Assembly: GCA_951406725.2 (NCBI GenBank)
Contig: OX597817.1
Location: 132,804,001 to 132,868,000, forward strand
Length of the DNA: 64,000 bases
From: Octopus vulgaris
Lineage: Eukaryota
Reading direction: 5' to 3'
A program made the position numbers and the translations under genes. The notes under the pieces were generated by a model. It saw only the letters and a list, made by a program, of their open reading frames with translations, was not told the DNA's origin and ran no database searches. Position 1 is the stretch's first letter. The number at the start of each line of letters is the position of its first letter. Positions 1 through 14,335 of the stretch are shown one piece after another.

Positions 1-7
1 CTATATA

Positions 8-402
8 GACGCAGGGGTGGCTGTGTGGCGTAAGAAGCTTGCTTCCTAACCACATGCTTCTGGGGTCAGTCCTATTGCGCGGCACCTTGGGTGGATGTCT
101 CCTACTATAGCCTAGGGCCAACCAAAGCGTTGTGGATTTGGCAGACGGAAACTAAAAGAAGCCCGTCGTGTGTGTGTGTATGTGTGTGTGTGCATGGGCG
201 TGCGTCTGTGTGTGTGTTTTGTCTCCCAACTAGTGTTGATTTGTTTAGATTCCCGTAACATTAGCGGTTCGACAAAAAAGACAGATAAAATAAGTACCAG
301 CTTTTAAAAAATAATTCCTGGGGTCGATTCATTCGAGAAAAATCCATCAAGGCAGTGCTCTAGCATGGTCACAGTCTAATGATTGAAACAAATAAGGATA
401 AA
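8..402 (+). mobile_element. tRNA-derived SINE family A (CORE-like, octopus-type), full length
   Basis: A-box-like GTGGCTGTGTGG head, CACCTTGGG..GTCT core, internal (TG)n, tail GTGCTCTAGCATGG..GAAACAAATAA; more than 10 homologous copies in the window. Confidence 0.85.
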
Positions 403-899
403 ACAATTCAATCTGCCCATTTTTTGCTTTAAATCGCAAAATACGTTAAACATCTCACTGAACACTTTGTATCCAGAGTTTTATTTCAAATCCAGTCATT
501 CATCATCTTGACATCCCATTTCCAATATTAATTTTCTTTATTAAGTTATATTGGAGACACTTCTTCTCCACTGTTATCACATGTGTCGTTTTATTAGAAG
601 CATAGATGAAACTGGAAGCTAAGAGCCTTGAAGATAAATTTCACATGGACCCTGCTTCCTGCCCATTCTGTAAATTGCCAGTAATCAATCATACCCACTT
701 GCCACTTCTTTTATAGAAATCAATGACTGCTGGTTACTCTTATAGTAATACTTCGTTATGTTATCGCTGAAGCCTTTCGTATCCTACAGGATATAACTGA
801 GAGTCGATAAAGTAAGTAGGAGAAAGTATTTTTAAATTGCTCATGTTTGAAATGATAGTGTTAAAGTCTGTTTGTAATTAACTCGTAATTAACAAGTCA

Positions 900-1240
900 T
901 TAGAAATCTATGAATCTAATGGGACTGAAACTCTACTCCATAGACAGAAGGCGTGAAAGACATGCAACAATATACATATGGAAGATCCTGGAAGGTCTAG
1001 CTCCCAACTTCGGAACTGAAAGCTATATCACCCACTGAACTGGACAGCCCCACAGAATACCAGAGATGCCATTTTCTCCATCCAGATTAAAGACCTAGTA
1101 ACTGAAACAGCTCTGATTTCAAGGGTCCAAAACTATTCAATATTCTGCCAAACAACCTCAGAAATTTGCAAGGCGTAGATGTGGAGGTCTTCAAAATGCG
1201 TCCGAACAAATTTTTATCTGGGTTACCAGATGATTCTGCA
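900..1240 (+). mobile_element. CR1/L2-type LINE ORF2 3' remnant (pseudogenic)
   Basis: Manual translation gives LYSIDRRRERHATIYIWKILEGLAPNFG and FKGPKLFNILPNNLRNLQGVDVEVFKMRPNKFLSGLPDD, typical of the CR1/L2-group C-terminus. Confidence 0.7.
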
Positions 1241-1999
1241 TCATGGCTGGAGGTACCAAGAAGAGCAACTCCGTCCAATTGGCTACTTCAACAAAAACAG
1301 TACAGAAAAGAAACCCAAACACACTGAAAGCCGGTGCTCCAGCATGGCTGCAACCTCTGACTGAGATCAGTAAAAGAAAAAAGATGATAAAAAAAACACT
1401 TGATATATGTTTAATTTAGAGAGTGTTAACAAACGTGTCCAGCCCTACTTCAGAAAGAAGCAGTAATAGGGAAAGGATCTGGAACTAAAGGTTCCGTAAA
1501 ATCGATGTTGTACTTGTAACACAACAATGTATCAGCAGCAGAGGATAATCATCCAGCAGTGTTGGTGGTCAAGCGGTTGCCAGAGAATACATGCTGCTGA
1601 CGATGCATGTGGAGGTAGAAATGTGCAAAGCATTCCCGACATCGCTACTGGACATTTTTCACCTGCTACTGATGTATTTTGTGTTATTTAGCTGAGTTCG
1701 TCCATCAGAGAGATTATCCTAGCAGAAATATTGCAGTTAATTTGACTTTCTGCGATGTGTTTGAATTGAGCATGATAGATAGCTTGCTATTTTGATCTAC
1801 TTCTGTTGTACATAGCGAATGTTTAGAAGGGCATCGTTCAATGCATTACAAAAGTTATAAACTAAAGCAATGTTATGATTGCTATAGTTTTTAACATGAT
1901 TTATTTCTAAAGTACATGATTTCATTATAAAGGCCACATAAATTGTACTGGGTTTCCTTTCTGCTGATTGAACAAGATTTTTATGGTAAAAGCTTGTCA

Positions 2000-2432
2000 G
2001 TGCGGTTGAGAAAAATGCTTCTCAAACATGTGACCTTGAGTTTAGTCCCACTGCGTGGCACCTTGGGCAGGTGTCTTCTACTATAACTCCAAGCCGAACA
2101 AAGCCTCGTGAGTGAATTTAGTAGATGCAAACTGAAAGAAGTTCATCGTATATATATATGCCTGTATGCGTATGTATATGTGTGTGTGTGCATTTGCATC
2201 TTTGCATGGATGTGTGTCTTTGCGTTTTTATTATGTCTGTCCCGTCTCCGCTCAATAATCAGTTTCAGTTCGTTTAAATCCTCGTAAATAAGCTGTTTGG
2301 CAAAATGGGCCGGTAGAATTAGTACCAGGCTTTAAAATAAGTACTGGGATCGACTTGTTTGACTAAACGTCTCAAGGAAGTGCCCCAGCATGGCCACAGC
2401 CCAATGAGTGAAACAAGTAAACGGCAAAAGAT
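2000..2432 (+). mobile_element. SINE family A copy
   Basis: GTCCCACTGCGTGGCACCTTGGGCAGGTGTCTTCTACTATA...CCAGCATGGCCACAG..GAAACAAGTAA. Confidence 0.8.
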
Positions 2433-2561
2433 TACAGACTTTATAAAGATAGACACGAAGATTAACATCACCAAGTTAGCGAAATAATACCTGCTTTATC
2501 GTTCAGAGAAATCTTGTGGTCCCCGTCCTTAAACGCCATGGAAACCATGTAATAATATTTT

Positions 2562-2768
2562 TTTCTACTCTAGGCACAACGCCCGAAATTTTAGTGGGAG
2601 GTGGCTAGTCGAATCGATCGACCCTAGTACAGAAAAGAAATCTAAACATCCGAAAGGAGGAAATCCAAAGTCGACCTCGGCGGAATTTGAACTCAGAACG
2701 TAAAGAAAGACGAAATAGCGCTAAGCATTTCGCCCGGCGTGCTAACGTTTCTGCCAGCTCGCCGTCTT
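2562..2768 (-). mobile_element. tRNA-derived SINE family B (Meta-core type)
   Basis: Reverse complement of GGCGAGCTGGCAGAAACGTTAGCACGCCGGGCGAAATGCTTAGC..GAGTTCAAATTCCGCCGAGGTCGACTTT. Confidence 0.8.
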
Positions 2769-3056
2769 TAAAAAAGCATTTAACTAATATTATGAGAACC
2801 AGGAGCTCAAGAAAAAACAATGATTTCAATTTTTTGTCTCTAAACCTGCAGATTTAGAAATCCGGAGATATTCGATTATATCGATTCCAGTTCTTGACAG
2901 GTAGTTAATATTTACCGATTCCCAGGGTGAGGAGATAAAACGCGAAGCTGGTGTTGTAGGGGTACGAATTCAGTACCTAAAATATTAGAACAATTATCAG
3001 AAGGCAACAGCAGCAGCTACAACAACTACAATAATGATAATAATAATAATAATAAT

Positions 3057-3490
3057 AAATGCCCTGATGTAGTACCAGGCACTGGCTCTCATGACTTAAT
3101 TAAGTGGAAGTGTTATCACGTAAATTGTTTTGTCTTGGTATAAAAGATGGGCTACAGCAAATATTCTGCTCAGTACCACAGATTTACTTGTCAGTTGCTT
3201 GACCTTAACCAGTTGACCATGACCCTTTGTGGTTAACGATATGTGCATCTCTGATCACGAGCAGAAGTAGTGGGGGAGCAACATAGCCATGTGATGAGAG
3301 GGATTCTTTGGAGTTTGAATAATTCACCCCTGGAAACATGGGTGTTTCGTCCATCACCCTTAAACAAACTTTGCTCAGGGACCTTTTGAGCGGGATGGGC
3401 TACACGACCCAAAGAAAATTCTAACTGGGCCCCACCAGCAAGGTCATACGTTATTTATCTTGATATGAGATCATGCCGCACACATCATGA
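3057..3490 (+). repeat. (TAA)n-associated interspersed repeat, probably LINE UTR-derived
   Basis: Follows an (ATA)n tract; 3405-3490 matches the reverse complement of 26030-26120; related copy at 46278-46380. Confidence 0.5.
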
Positions 3491-4130
3491 GGAAAGTATT
3501 ATTTGTATGAGGTCCTTGTTGTGACTTGATAGATGACTAAAGGCTCCGGTGTTGCGAAGGAATAAAAATAACGATAATCATGATAATGATAATTATTATT
3601 TTTTTCTAGGGCAACGAGCTGACAGAGCGTTTGACAGAAGTATTTTTCAATATTCTTTGCTGGTCTTTTAGTTCTGAGTAGAAATCCTGCCAAGATGAAA
3701 TTTTCATATCTCCCTCCGTAATCAATAAACGAAAATATTGGAGTTAACGCTATCAACGAAGGCCCTTCCCCTCAAAATCGTTGGCTTTGGACCTAAATTA
3801 GAAACTATTTATGTTTTTGGTTTTATATAGACGCACGACCTGACATTTTGGAAGAATGGTCAGTCAATTTTATTGGCCGCATTACGTGACTGGTACGTTA
3901 TTTTGTCGAATCCAGAAGGATAAAAGGCATAGTAAGCAGCGACGGAATTCGAACTCAAAATGTTAGGGAAACTAACTAATTATAACACAACGCACAAATA
4001 CACACGCGCGCGCGCGCACACACATACATATGCTGTTGGGAGTGCACCCTTAATCATTTTAATGACGTCTATACTTGTACTGTTTGGTTTTCGAATAAGC
4101 CACCTTAATAATTTTATGTGTGTATATATA

Positions 4131-4276
4131 CTTTATTTAAAAGCAGCAGAAATATAACAAAAGCTGTTACTTAGCTTTTGTTATATTTCTGCTGCTTTTA
4201 AATAAAGCATATTACTCTACCTCTGGTATTTGAATACACATTTTTCGACCTTGTTTCACATTTATGTGTTTACTCC

Positions 4277-4279
<3 letters not shown>
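4131..4279. mobile_element. Hairpin remnant of HHR element family H1 (ribozyme deleted)
   Basis: Perfect inverted repeat 4131-4165/4173-4207, then a tail ending CCGGT(TA)n; homologous to 16645-16851, 23156-23403 and 31621-31695. Confidence 0.75.
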
Positions 4280-4323
<44 letters not shown>

Positions 4324-4646
4324 TCAATTTGAGGTTCTGTTAAAATCATGAAAGGATGGTTTCATCCAAGGAAATACTGGTTCAATACTTAGTATTTGGG
4401 GGTTATAATGAACGCCATGACGACGATGGCGAAAACAATGATAATGATGAACATGATGACGACGACGACGGCGACGACAAGACCGGTGACGACGACTACA
4501 ACCCAGTATTGTCGATGATGGTAGTGAAGATGATGTTGGTGATGATGATGATGATGATGATGGTGAGGAGGAGGAGGAGGAAGGGGAAGAAGTGGGGAGG
4601 AGGAGAGGGAAGGGGAGGAAGAGAAGAAGAAAAAGAAGACGAAGAA

Positions 4647-4693
<47 letters not shown>

Positions 4694-6239
4694 CGACGAT
4701 GATGATGATAATGATATTGATTATAATAGCGTCTAAATTTGACACAAAGAACTACGAAAATCTGGGCACGGGATAAGTTAATTCAGCGGAACATAGTTGA
4801 ACATTGTTGAACATAATGTAGAGGTGGAACCTGGCGTTTCATTGGTCCTTTTTTGACGTCGTAATGTGAACTAGATTCTCTGGTCAAATGAATTCAGCAA
4901 TAAATATTTAAATTGCAATAAAAAATAATTACTTTAATGGAACAAACATATGTCACAAGTTACCATTTTCTGCTTCTTTTCAATACAAGGGGGTGGAGGG
5001 TGGCGGCGGTTATCTTTTTGTTCTTACGTGAAGTCATTGTTTGCAAAAGTAATACGAATGCCACAGACGTTTATAAACGCCATTGTATTCGCAATTCGCT
5101 ACAGGGATTGACATCAGTTACAGAGAGAGAGAATAAAAAAAGAAAAAAGCAAAGAAGTAGGGTTTAAAAATAAAGGAACAATGATGTTTCTAGAAAATCC
5201 TTTTAAAAAGTACTTGTGACAGCGGCTTGTATATTCTACTTAGTAATGCGAAGAACTCGTTCCTTCTGAGAAACAGAATGTTTAGTGGAAAGAGCTACCG
5301 TAATCGATGGCAAATAAAATGCACATTTTCCTCAAAATGTCTCTCAAAGAATCACTCTGGGTTCTTGGTATGAAGGTAGGTTTCCCATAAGCTTTAATAC
5401 ACTGAAAATCCTCTGCCGTCCTTAAATGCTCTCTGCTGATATTGAGGTGCGTCTAATGCTCTCGTGCATCTTATATGCCATCATGTACCATAGCTATGCA
5501 CACAGGCATGGCAGAGTGGTTCAGAAGTTCAATCCCGCTTCTCAGAATCACGACCAAGTGTCTCTATCAAAGCCTGGAGTCGACCCAAGGCTTGCGAGTG
5601 AAACTGGGTAGACGGAAGCGACAACAACAATAATGATGTTGATGATGATGATAGTGATGGCGGCGACGACGACGATGATGATAGCGAGGACAGCGGCAAA
5701 GAAAACAATGGCGATGATGATCCCCACGACGAGAACAACGATGACGATGGCGGTCCAGGGTTGTCACACTGAGCTACGCTGATCTTACCAGAGAATTTCA
5801 TGGCAAGTACACATGTCCATGGAATCTTCAGAATGCTTAGCGGCATTGAACTCAGAACATAGCGGCAGACGGAATACTGCTAAGCATTTCGCCCGGCGTG
5901 CTAACGTGTCTGCCAGCTCGCCGCCTTTTAAATCTACTATAAAAATACTCTTGTGTTTTTCTCCGTCACAACATATGAATGAGGCAGAACGGGGTGATAG
6001 ATAAATAAGGAAGGAAAGGGTGATGGCAAACTGGTAGTGGGAGCGTTTCAACACTGTGTGAGAATATGTGTGCCTATGTAAAAGGAGGTATGTGAATGTG
6101 TGTATGTGTGTGTGTGTTTCTGTGTGTTTCTGTGTGTTTCTGTGGGGGGGGGTGCAATTGAAGTGGGATGGTGAACATTCAACGCTGAGTGTGAGTATAT
6201 GTGTGTGTATGTAAAAGGAGGTATGTGACTCTGTGTGTG

Positions 6240-6304
<65 letters not shown>

Positions 6305-6594
6305 AATGGAAGTGGAGTGTTGAACATTCAATGATGAAAAGAAAAAATCCAACAGCGTTTCAACTCTGTGAGTATGTGTGCATGCGTGTATAAGGGAAGT
6401 ATGTGAATATTTGTATGTGTGAATCAGCGTTCTTTCAGTAACAAACGATGATCGATATCACATCTCAAAAGACAACCACTAGATAACATTGAGAAGTGTA
6501 TTAATTTGATTTACCATCCATATTCATACATAAAAATGCTACAATTAGCTGTTAATTTTGAGGGCACGGGACCAGCTAGCAATTGTAATAATCC

Positions 6595-6948
6595 TTCCTG
6601 CTACAGGCAGAAGGCTTGAAATTTGGCGCAAGGGGACCAGACGATTAGATCGACCCCAGTACGTAACTAGTACTTAATTTATCGACCCCGAAACGATGAA
6701 AGGCAAAGTGAACCTCGATAGAATTTGAACTCAGAACGTAACGGCAGACGAAATATCTATTTCTTTACTACCCACAAGGGGCTAAACATAGAGGGGACAA
6801 ACAAGGACAGACAAACGGATTAAGTCGATTATATCGACCTCAGTGCGAAACTGGTACTTAATTTATCGACCCCGAAACGATGAAAGGCAGACGAAATACT
6901 GCTAAGCATTTCCCCCGGCGTGCTAACGTTTCTGCCAGCTCACCGCCT
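6595..6948 (-). mobile_element. SINE family B, two nested or partial copies
   Basis: GTACTTAATTTATCGACCCCGAAACGATGAAAGGCA (Meta-like core, reverse) occurs twice; head at 6890-6948. Confidence 0.8.
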
Positions 6949-7391
6949 TTGAATAATAAATATCCTTTTCTACTCAAGGCACAAGACCCGAAATTTTTGG
7001 GAGAGGGGACCAGTCGATTAGATCGAAAGATTCTGCCAGCTCACTGCCTTTTAAATAATCGTAATAATGAAATGAAATGGGGTTTTGTGGAAAGTTAAGA
7101 AGAAATGATAATAAACATGGTGGCTTGAGATATAGAGAGAGGGAGAGGGAGGAAGTTGTTTTTGTGAGTGGGTTAGTTAGAGAGAGGAGGAGGTGAAAGA
7201 CAATGAGTCTGAAAGTTGGAATTAGAGGAGAGAGAGAGAGAGAGAGAAAGAAAGGGGGAGGGAGAGAGAGCGAGAGAGAGAATGGATCTGCAATGTCCAA
7301 TATGATTAATCTTAGCACTCTCTTAATTGTTGCTATCCATCATAGTGGACAATATATGCGTGTGTGTGTGTGTATACAGAGACAGAGAGAG

Positions 7392-7461
<70 letters not shown>

Positions 7462-7763
7462 AGAGAGAGAGGTACATACATATATATATACGCATATATA
7501 TATATATATATATGCATATATATATATATACATACATATATGTATATATACATATATATATGTATATATATACATATATATATTATATATGTAAATATAT
7601 ATATATACACATATACATATGTATGTATACATATAAATACACACATACATATACATCATACGTATATGCATATGTGTGTGTATACATATATATATATACG
7701 TATATATGTATGTATATGTATATACATCTACATATATGTATGTATATGCATACATATGCACAG

Positions 7764-7842
<79 letters not shown>

Positions 7843-8106
7843 CATGTATGTATGTAGTCATCAATTCAGAAACTCTTAGTTCCTGCCAAACATACAAGAC
7901 TACAAGACACACGAGTATGTGTATGTCTGTGTGTGTGTTTGTACTGTATGTACTAATTTGCCTGTATATATTTATGTGTGACTCAGTGTGCATGTGTCTG
8001 TGTATGTTTTCTTGTATGTTTGTGTGTTTGTGTGCTTGTGTATACGACTGGATGCGTACACATCATATGTGTCCCTATACGTGTGTGTGTATGCGCGCGT
8101 ATGTGA

Positions 8107-8150
<44 letters not shown>

Positions 8151-8718
8151 GTGTGTGCGTATGTGTGTGCGTGTGTGTATATTTCTATGCGTAATACGCG
8201 TAGCAGAAATGAATGTGGAGGTATTCATTTTTATAATTGCTCCTCTATCCGAGTTGTCAATATTTCTGCCTATGTTATTGTTGTTGTTGTTGTTATTGTT
8301 ATATGTTTCAGTTCTATTATTGTTGCTGTCATTCTTGTTGCTCATCTGGTCATCGGTTCAATGTTATCCTTGTCATTAGCAACCACACATCCTTCATCAT
8401 ATATAAATGTTGCTTCAGTGTTATGCGAAACTATGATCACACTTGTGTGTGATTTGATACCGAGATAAGTAAGTCTTATTTAGGAGAAAATAGGAAAACT
8501 TGGAAAAGGAGACAAATTCTCAGGATGTTATTTAAACATTTATGTCTTCATATCTTCTACATATGTTTCGATGGATACATCCAGCGTACGTCCGACAGGA
8601 TAAATTATTGTCAGCTATGCATCAGTCTCATCAGAGTAGATATAAACAACAACACTCATCAAATAGACATTTTTACATATATCTTTCTATATACATACAT
8701 GCACACACACACACACAC

Positions 8719-8789
<71 letters not shown>

Positions 8790-9838
8790 CATTTTATAAT
8801 ATATCATTATTAATATCAAGAAATCAATATTAGAAAATTCTTCAGAAAGATATATACGTGTGTAAAATCATTGTTGTATTAACAATATAAATATATGTAA
8901 ATATATATAAGTATAAATATATAATGTATATGACAGTTAAAAAGTTTTGAATTAAGTTTTTAAAGCATCATACGATCGTTTCACAGAAGTGCTACCCCTA
9001 TAATGGAATCCTATATTGATAAACATTTGTAGACAACTCGTCTGTTCTTCAGCGATATAAAATGTGAATTCTGTATAATATATCGAATGGTAGTTTTTTA
9101 AAAATTTGAAGTAATACTATAAAATGGTGTTTGTTTAAAATATAAATTAAATTACTGCTTTTGATTTTGGTAAGTACACTTTGGTAAGTATGAGAGTCTT
9201 TAAATCCATATATGCTTCCTTGGTAATTCTTCTGTATTAATCCATAATATTTATGTGTAAAATCCATTATATTGTCCTGTATTCCAAATATAGTTCATAG
9301 ACTTAGATAATATAGAATAATGGAATCCTATATTGATAAGCATTTATAGATAACTCTTCTTCTCTTCAGTAATATCAAATGTGAAATTTGTATAATTTTA
9401 CGAATGGTAGTATTTTTTTTTTTATTATGAAGTAATATTGTAAAATGGTGTTTGTTTGAAATATAAATTAAAAATTACTGCTTTTGATTTTGGTATGTAC
9501 ACTTTAGTATGAGAATCTTGAAATTCATATATGCCTCCTTTTGTAGCAATCCATAATAATTATGTATAAATTCCATTATATTTTCCTGTATTCCAAATAT
9601 AGTTCTTAGACTTAAATAATATGAAATAAAATCATATTTTAAATTATATGTGAAGTTATGTGGAGTTAGTTTTAAACTGTCATATACATTATATATTGAA
9701 ACTTATACATAGTTACATATATTTTTATAAATATTTATATTTTTAATACAACAATTATTTTACACACGTATATATATTTCTGAAGAATTTTCTAATATTG
9801 ATTTTCTGATATTAATAATAATACATTATAAAATATAT
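8790..9838. mobile_element. Penelope-like/HHR module: inverted ends plus internal ~317-bp tandem duplication
   Basis: 8790-8943 is the reverse complement of ~9672-9838; 9000-9316 is repeated directly at 9317-9626; long (TA)n tract on the left. Confidence 0.7.
8967..9056 (-). ncRNA. Type I hammerhead ribozyme
   Basis: Minus strand: atcg-CTGAAGA-acaga...tctgt-GAAAC-GATC-GTA-tgat; helices I and II pair, helix III loop is palindromic. Confidence 0.8.
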
Positions 9839-9952
9839 ATAATCGCTCGTATTAAATATATAAATGCTTTAATAGTATTAATACTTTGATACAATAGAGC
9901 ACTCAATATAAATTCAGTATATAATATTCTCATTGAATATATTTACCTATGC

Positions 9953-10021
<69 letters not shown>

Positions 10022-10079
10022 GTGAATTGAATTAACTTTTGATTAATCTGCAACAAGATTATTCATCTTTCTATTTCAC

Positions 10080-10129
<50 letters not shown>

Positions 10130-10173
10130 CATACACACACACACAGCATATATAGAGAGATAGAGAGATAGAG

Positions 10174-10280
<107 letters not shown>

Positions 10281-10380
10281 CTGTTCAAATATACTGTCGT
10301 TTGTTTCAATACGCCATAGAAACCGGGAAACCGGGCCCATTAGCCTGGCTAGGTTTTAGAAAGGGCGCATTCATTATTAG

Positions 10381-10675
10381 GAGGCGCAATGGCCCAGTGG
10401 TTAGGGCAGCAGACTCGTGGTTGTAGGATCGCGGTTTCGATCCCCAGACCGGGCTTTGTGAGTGTTTATTGAGCAAAAACACCTAAACCTCCATGCAGCT
10501 CCGGCAGGGGGTAGTGGCGATCCCTGTTGTATTCTTTCGCCACAACTTTCTCGCACTCTTCTTTTGTTGGCCTGCTCAATTAGTCATTTGAAGACTAAAA
10601 CACTGCGAAGCGCATTGTGACCAGCGATGTGTAGCAACATTTGATAGCCTGGTCGGTCACGGTGATCACAGTGAT
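10381..10675 (+). mobile_element. tRNA-derived SINE family C
   Basis: A-box TGGCCCAGTGG, B-box-like GGTTTCGATCCC; 3' tail GGTCGGTCACGGTGATCAC also found reversed at 40813-40880. Confidence 0.7.
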
Positions 10676-10687
10676 ATATATAAATAA

Positions 10688-10914
10688 GGCGACGAGCTGG
10701 CAGAACCGTTAGCACACCGGCCGAAATGCGTAGCCATATTTCGTCTGCCGTTACGTTCTGAGTTCAAATTCCGCCGAGGCCGACTTTGCCTTTCATCCTT
10801 TCGAAGTCGATAAGTTAAGTACCAGTTACGCACTGGGGTCGATGTAATCGACTTAATTCCTTTGTCTGTCCTTGTTTGCCCCTTCTATGTTTAGCTCCTT
10901 GTGGGTAATAAAGA

Positions 10915-10918
<4 letters not shown>
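10688..10918 (+). mobile_element. SINE family B (Meta-core), full length
   Basis: GGCGACGAGCTGGCAGAA..GAGTTCAAATTCC..GCCTTTCATCCTTTCGAAGTCGATAAGTTAAGTACCAG..AATAAAGAAA. Confidence 0.85.
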
Positions 10919-10955
<37 letters not shown>

Positions 10956-11021
10956 CTATATATTGCTATATATGTATATATATATACATATATATATATA
11001 TATACATACATACATACATAC

Positions 11022-11055
<34 letters not shown>

Positions 11056-11185
11056 AAATGTAAAAATATACAAACTGGGACAAGAACGTAAAACATTTAG
11101 GAGACGATACTAAAAACACGGACGGGACATTCGAAGCCTTCAATCTTCAGTCAAGAACCGGATCATCCTCGCAATTTTGGCTGAT

Positions 11186-11361
<176 letters not shown>

Positions 11362-11756
11362 GTTGATATTTACCAAAAAACAAAAGTCGAAGACAGGTGT
11401 ATGAACAACAAGCAGGCGTATTAGTTTGACGGTCGAGAAAGTGAGAAAAATAATTTCCAAGTACCATGAAGCCGAAACAACCTGTTTTAAATAATTATAT
11501 TCGTAACTCCTGCTAAACGTTGTTTCTCTCAAACGTGGATAAAACTGGATCGAACAAGGACTTTGAATTGACAAAATCGTACTTGTAAGTCAAACGGCCT
11601 GTCTCTTATCATACAAACTGCATCATGTTAATTCTGCCTGACACTTACATTAAGGATGGAAGTAGCTATAATATTCGTAGTCATTCATTATATGATTCTT
11701 TTTTTAGGTTTAATGGTGTCTTTTCCTCACCACGTAATTATTTTTACTTAATTCAT

Positions 11757-12103
11757 TCTTTTATTCTTTTGCTTGTTTCAGACGTTATACTGCGACCGAG
11801 CTGGAACACTGAACGAATCGGCCTCTGAACTTATTTTGAAGTCTGGCACTTATTCTATCGGATCTCTTTTGCTGAATTGCTAGGTTAAAAGAGCGTAAAA
11901 GCACCAACGCTGGTTGTCCAACTGTGGTGGGAGAAAAACAGACACACACACACACACGGGCTTCCTTCAGTTTCCTTCTATCAAATCCACTCACAAATTT
12001 GGTTGGCCCGAGGCTATAGTAGAACTCCCTTACCCTCTATGTGGCACACTGAGATTGAGCTTGGAACAATGTGGTTGGGGAGCAAGCTGCTTACCACCTA
12101 GCC
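11757..12103 (-). mobile_element. SINE family A, diverged copy
   Basis: Reverse-complement matches to the tail, core and head of family A. Confidence 0.7.
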
Positions 12104-12207
12104 AGTCGTTTAGTTTTCATTTCATTCAATATGATACGAGTAACCTGAAGCAGGATTATTCTGTTTAAGTACAAACGAAACCATAGGATATCTTGGATCG
12201 GTGTAGT

Positions 12208-12626
12208 ATTCTTTTATTCTTTTATTCTTTTACTTGTTTCAGTCATTTGACTGCGGCCATGCTGGAGCACCGCCAATAGTCGGGCATCTCGACCACAGGA
12301 CCTATTCTTTTGTAAGCCTAGTAGTTATTCTATCGGTCCCTTTTGCCGAATCGCTACGTTACGGGGACGTAAATATAACAGCATCAGTTGTCAAGCGATG
12401 TTGTGTGGACAAATACAGACATACAAACATTTGCACACACATACATATATACATATATACATATATACGACGGGCTTCTTTCAGTTTCCGTCTACCAAAT
12501 CCACTCACAAGGCTTTGGTCGGCCCGAGGCTATAGTAGAAGAAACTTGCCCAAGGTGCCACGCAGTGGGACTGAACCCGTAACCATGTGGTTCGTAAGCA
12601 AGCTACTTACCACACAACCACTCCTG
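12208..12626 (-). mobile_element. SINE family A, full length
   Basis: Closely matches the reverse complement of 30345-30737 and 36350-36858. Confidence 0.88.
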
Positions 12627-12840
12627 TTTATATATATAGTATATGCAACTACAATATATGAATGTGTGTATTGTAGTAGGTCGGAAGTTGGGCTCATGGT
12701 CATAAGGATATTGGTTCGATTTCAGGATCAGTCGGAGTATAGTGTCCTTCAGCAAGGCACTTCTTTGCACGTTGCTCCATACTGCTCGGCTAAATGTGTG
12801 TAGCAGCTTAGAGCTGCTTCCGTTCTTACCCTCACTCCCT

Positions 12841-12909
<69 letters not shown>

Positions 12910-13622
12910 CTCTCCAGTTGGGTAAAACTGGATCTTTAATTCGCTCAGTCTAGCATGGAAAGGGCCGAGAGTTCGTCTGCGCCTGTTGACGACTACATAA
13001 GCACAAACAACTATCGAGAATGGCAGTTGAACGTTTTCCCTTGGCACCTTGCGTAAATGTCTTTTACGATAGATTCGAGCCATCCAAAACCTTGAGAGAG
13101 GAATTAGTAGACGGAAGCTAAATGAAAGACGTTGTGAAAATATATATGTGTATGTATGTATGTATGTATGTATGTATGTATGTATGTATGTATGTATGTA
13201 TGTATGTATGTATGTATGTATTATGTATGTATGTATGTATTTATGTATCTATGTATGCGTATATGCATGTATGTAGGTATTATGTATGTATGTGTGTGTA
13301 TGTATTTATTTATGTATGTATGTATGCAAGCATTTATGTATGCGTATATGCATGTATGTAGGTATTATGTATATATGTATGCATATATGTATATATGTAT
13401 ATATGCATGTTTGTATATGTATGTATATATGTATGAATATATGCATGCATATGAGTATATATGTATGCTTGTATGTATGTATGTGTGTATGTATGTATGT
13501 ATGTGTGCGTGTATGTATGTCTGTACGCATGTATATATGTATGCATGTTTGTATATATGTATGTATGTATATATGCATGTATGTGTGTATGTATGTACGC
13601 ATTTATATATGTATGTATATTC

Positions 13623-13656
<34 letters not shown>

Positions 13657-13899
13657 ATAAAATTAATGAAAACAGCAGTTTACATTGTTTAACCAAGAAG
13701 AATTATAACTACCGCTAAATGTGACTAGAGTGTTAAAAAGAAACACCTTTATTGCTAGAAATAAGAGCTAAAATTCTCTATTGTTGTAGTTAACGCACGT
13801 GAATGCAAGCATATACACTAACAGGGAGCATAATTGTCCGAAATGTACCGATCGAGAATTCTTAATACTGACGTCTGTTTCAGCAATCTCCGTTGCCTC

Positions 13900-14190
13900 A
13901 TCAGTTAAGACGGCGCTTACGACGACGAAGGTTTCAGTTGATCCGATCAGCGGAACAATCTGCTGGTGAAATTTAATAAGCAAGTGGCTGAGTACTCCAC
14001 AGACTGGCGTGCCCTTAATGTGGATCTCAGGCAGATTCATTGTGATGCAGAATGTGACAAGGCTGGCCCTTTGATATATAGGTACTACTCATTTGTTTTC
14101 AACTGAGTGGAATGGGGCAACGCGCCGCCGGAAATCGAACTCACGAACTTATGATCGGGAGCTGAATACCCTAACCACTAAGCTACGGGC
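13900..14190 (-). mobile_element. tRNA-derived SINE family D
   Basis: Minus-strand head GCCCGTAGCTTAGTGGTTAGGGTATTCAGCTCCCGATCATAAGTTCGTGAGTTCGATTTCC (A and B boxes) followed by a non-tRNA body. Confidence 0.6.
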
Positions 14191-14295
14191 TTTCATATAT
14201 ATAAATATGTGTGCGTGCGTATGTGTGTATGTGTGTGTTGAGTGCGTGTGTATGTGTGTGTTGAGTGCGTGTGTGTGTATATGTGTGTGTGTGTG

Positions 14296-14335
<40 letters not shown>

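Noticed and set aside
4338-4407. Repeat shared with 60030-60095(-), with CATGAA..GGATG..CATCC..GAAATACT..AGTATT resembling an HHR
   Set aside because: The core spacing (extra AAG before GAAA) and lack of helix I do not fit; it is only a repeat fragment.
7203-8468. 421-aa ORF and the many YI/CV/HT-rich ORFs
   Set aside because: They are translations of (TA)n/(TG)n microsatellites, which lack stop codons; no domain is recognisable.
10381-10452. tRNA-like sequence (also 14120-14190)
   Set aside because: No proper cloverleaf, and it continues into a SINE body, so it is a SINE head.
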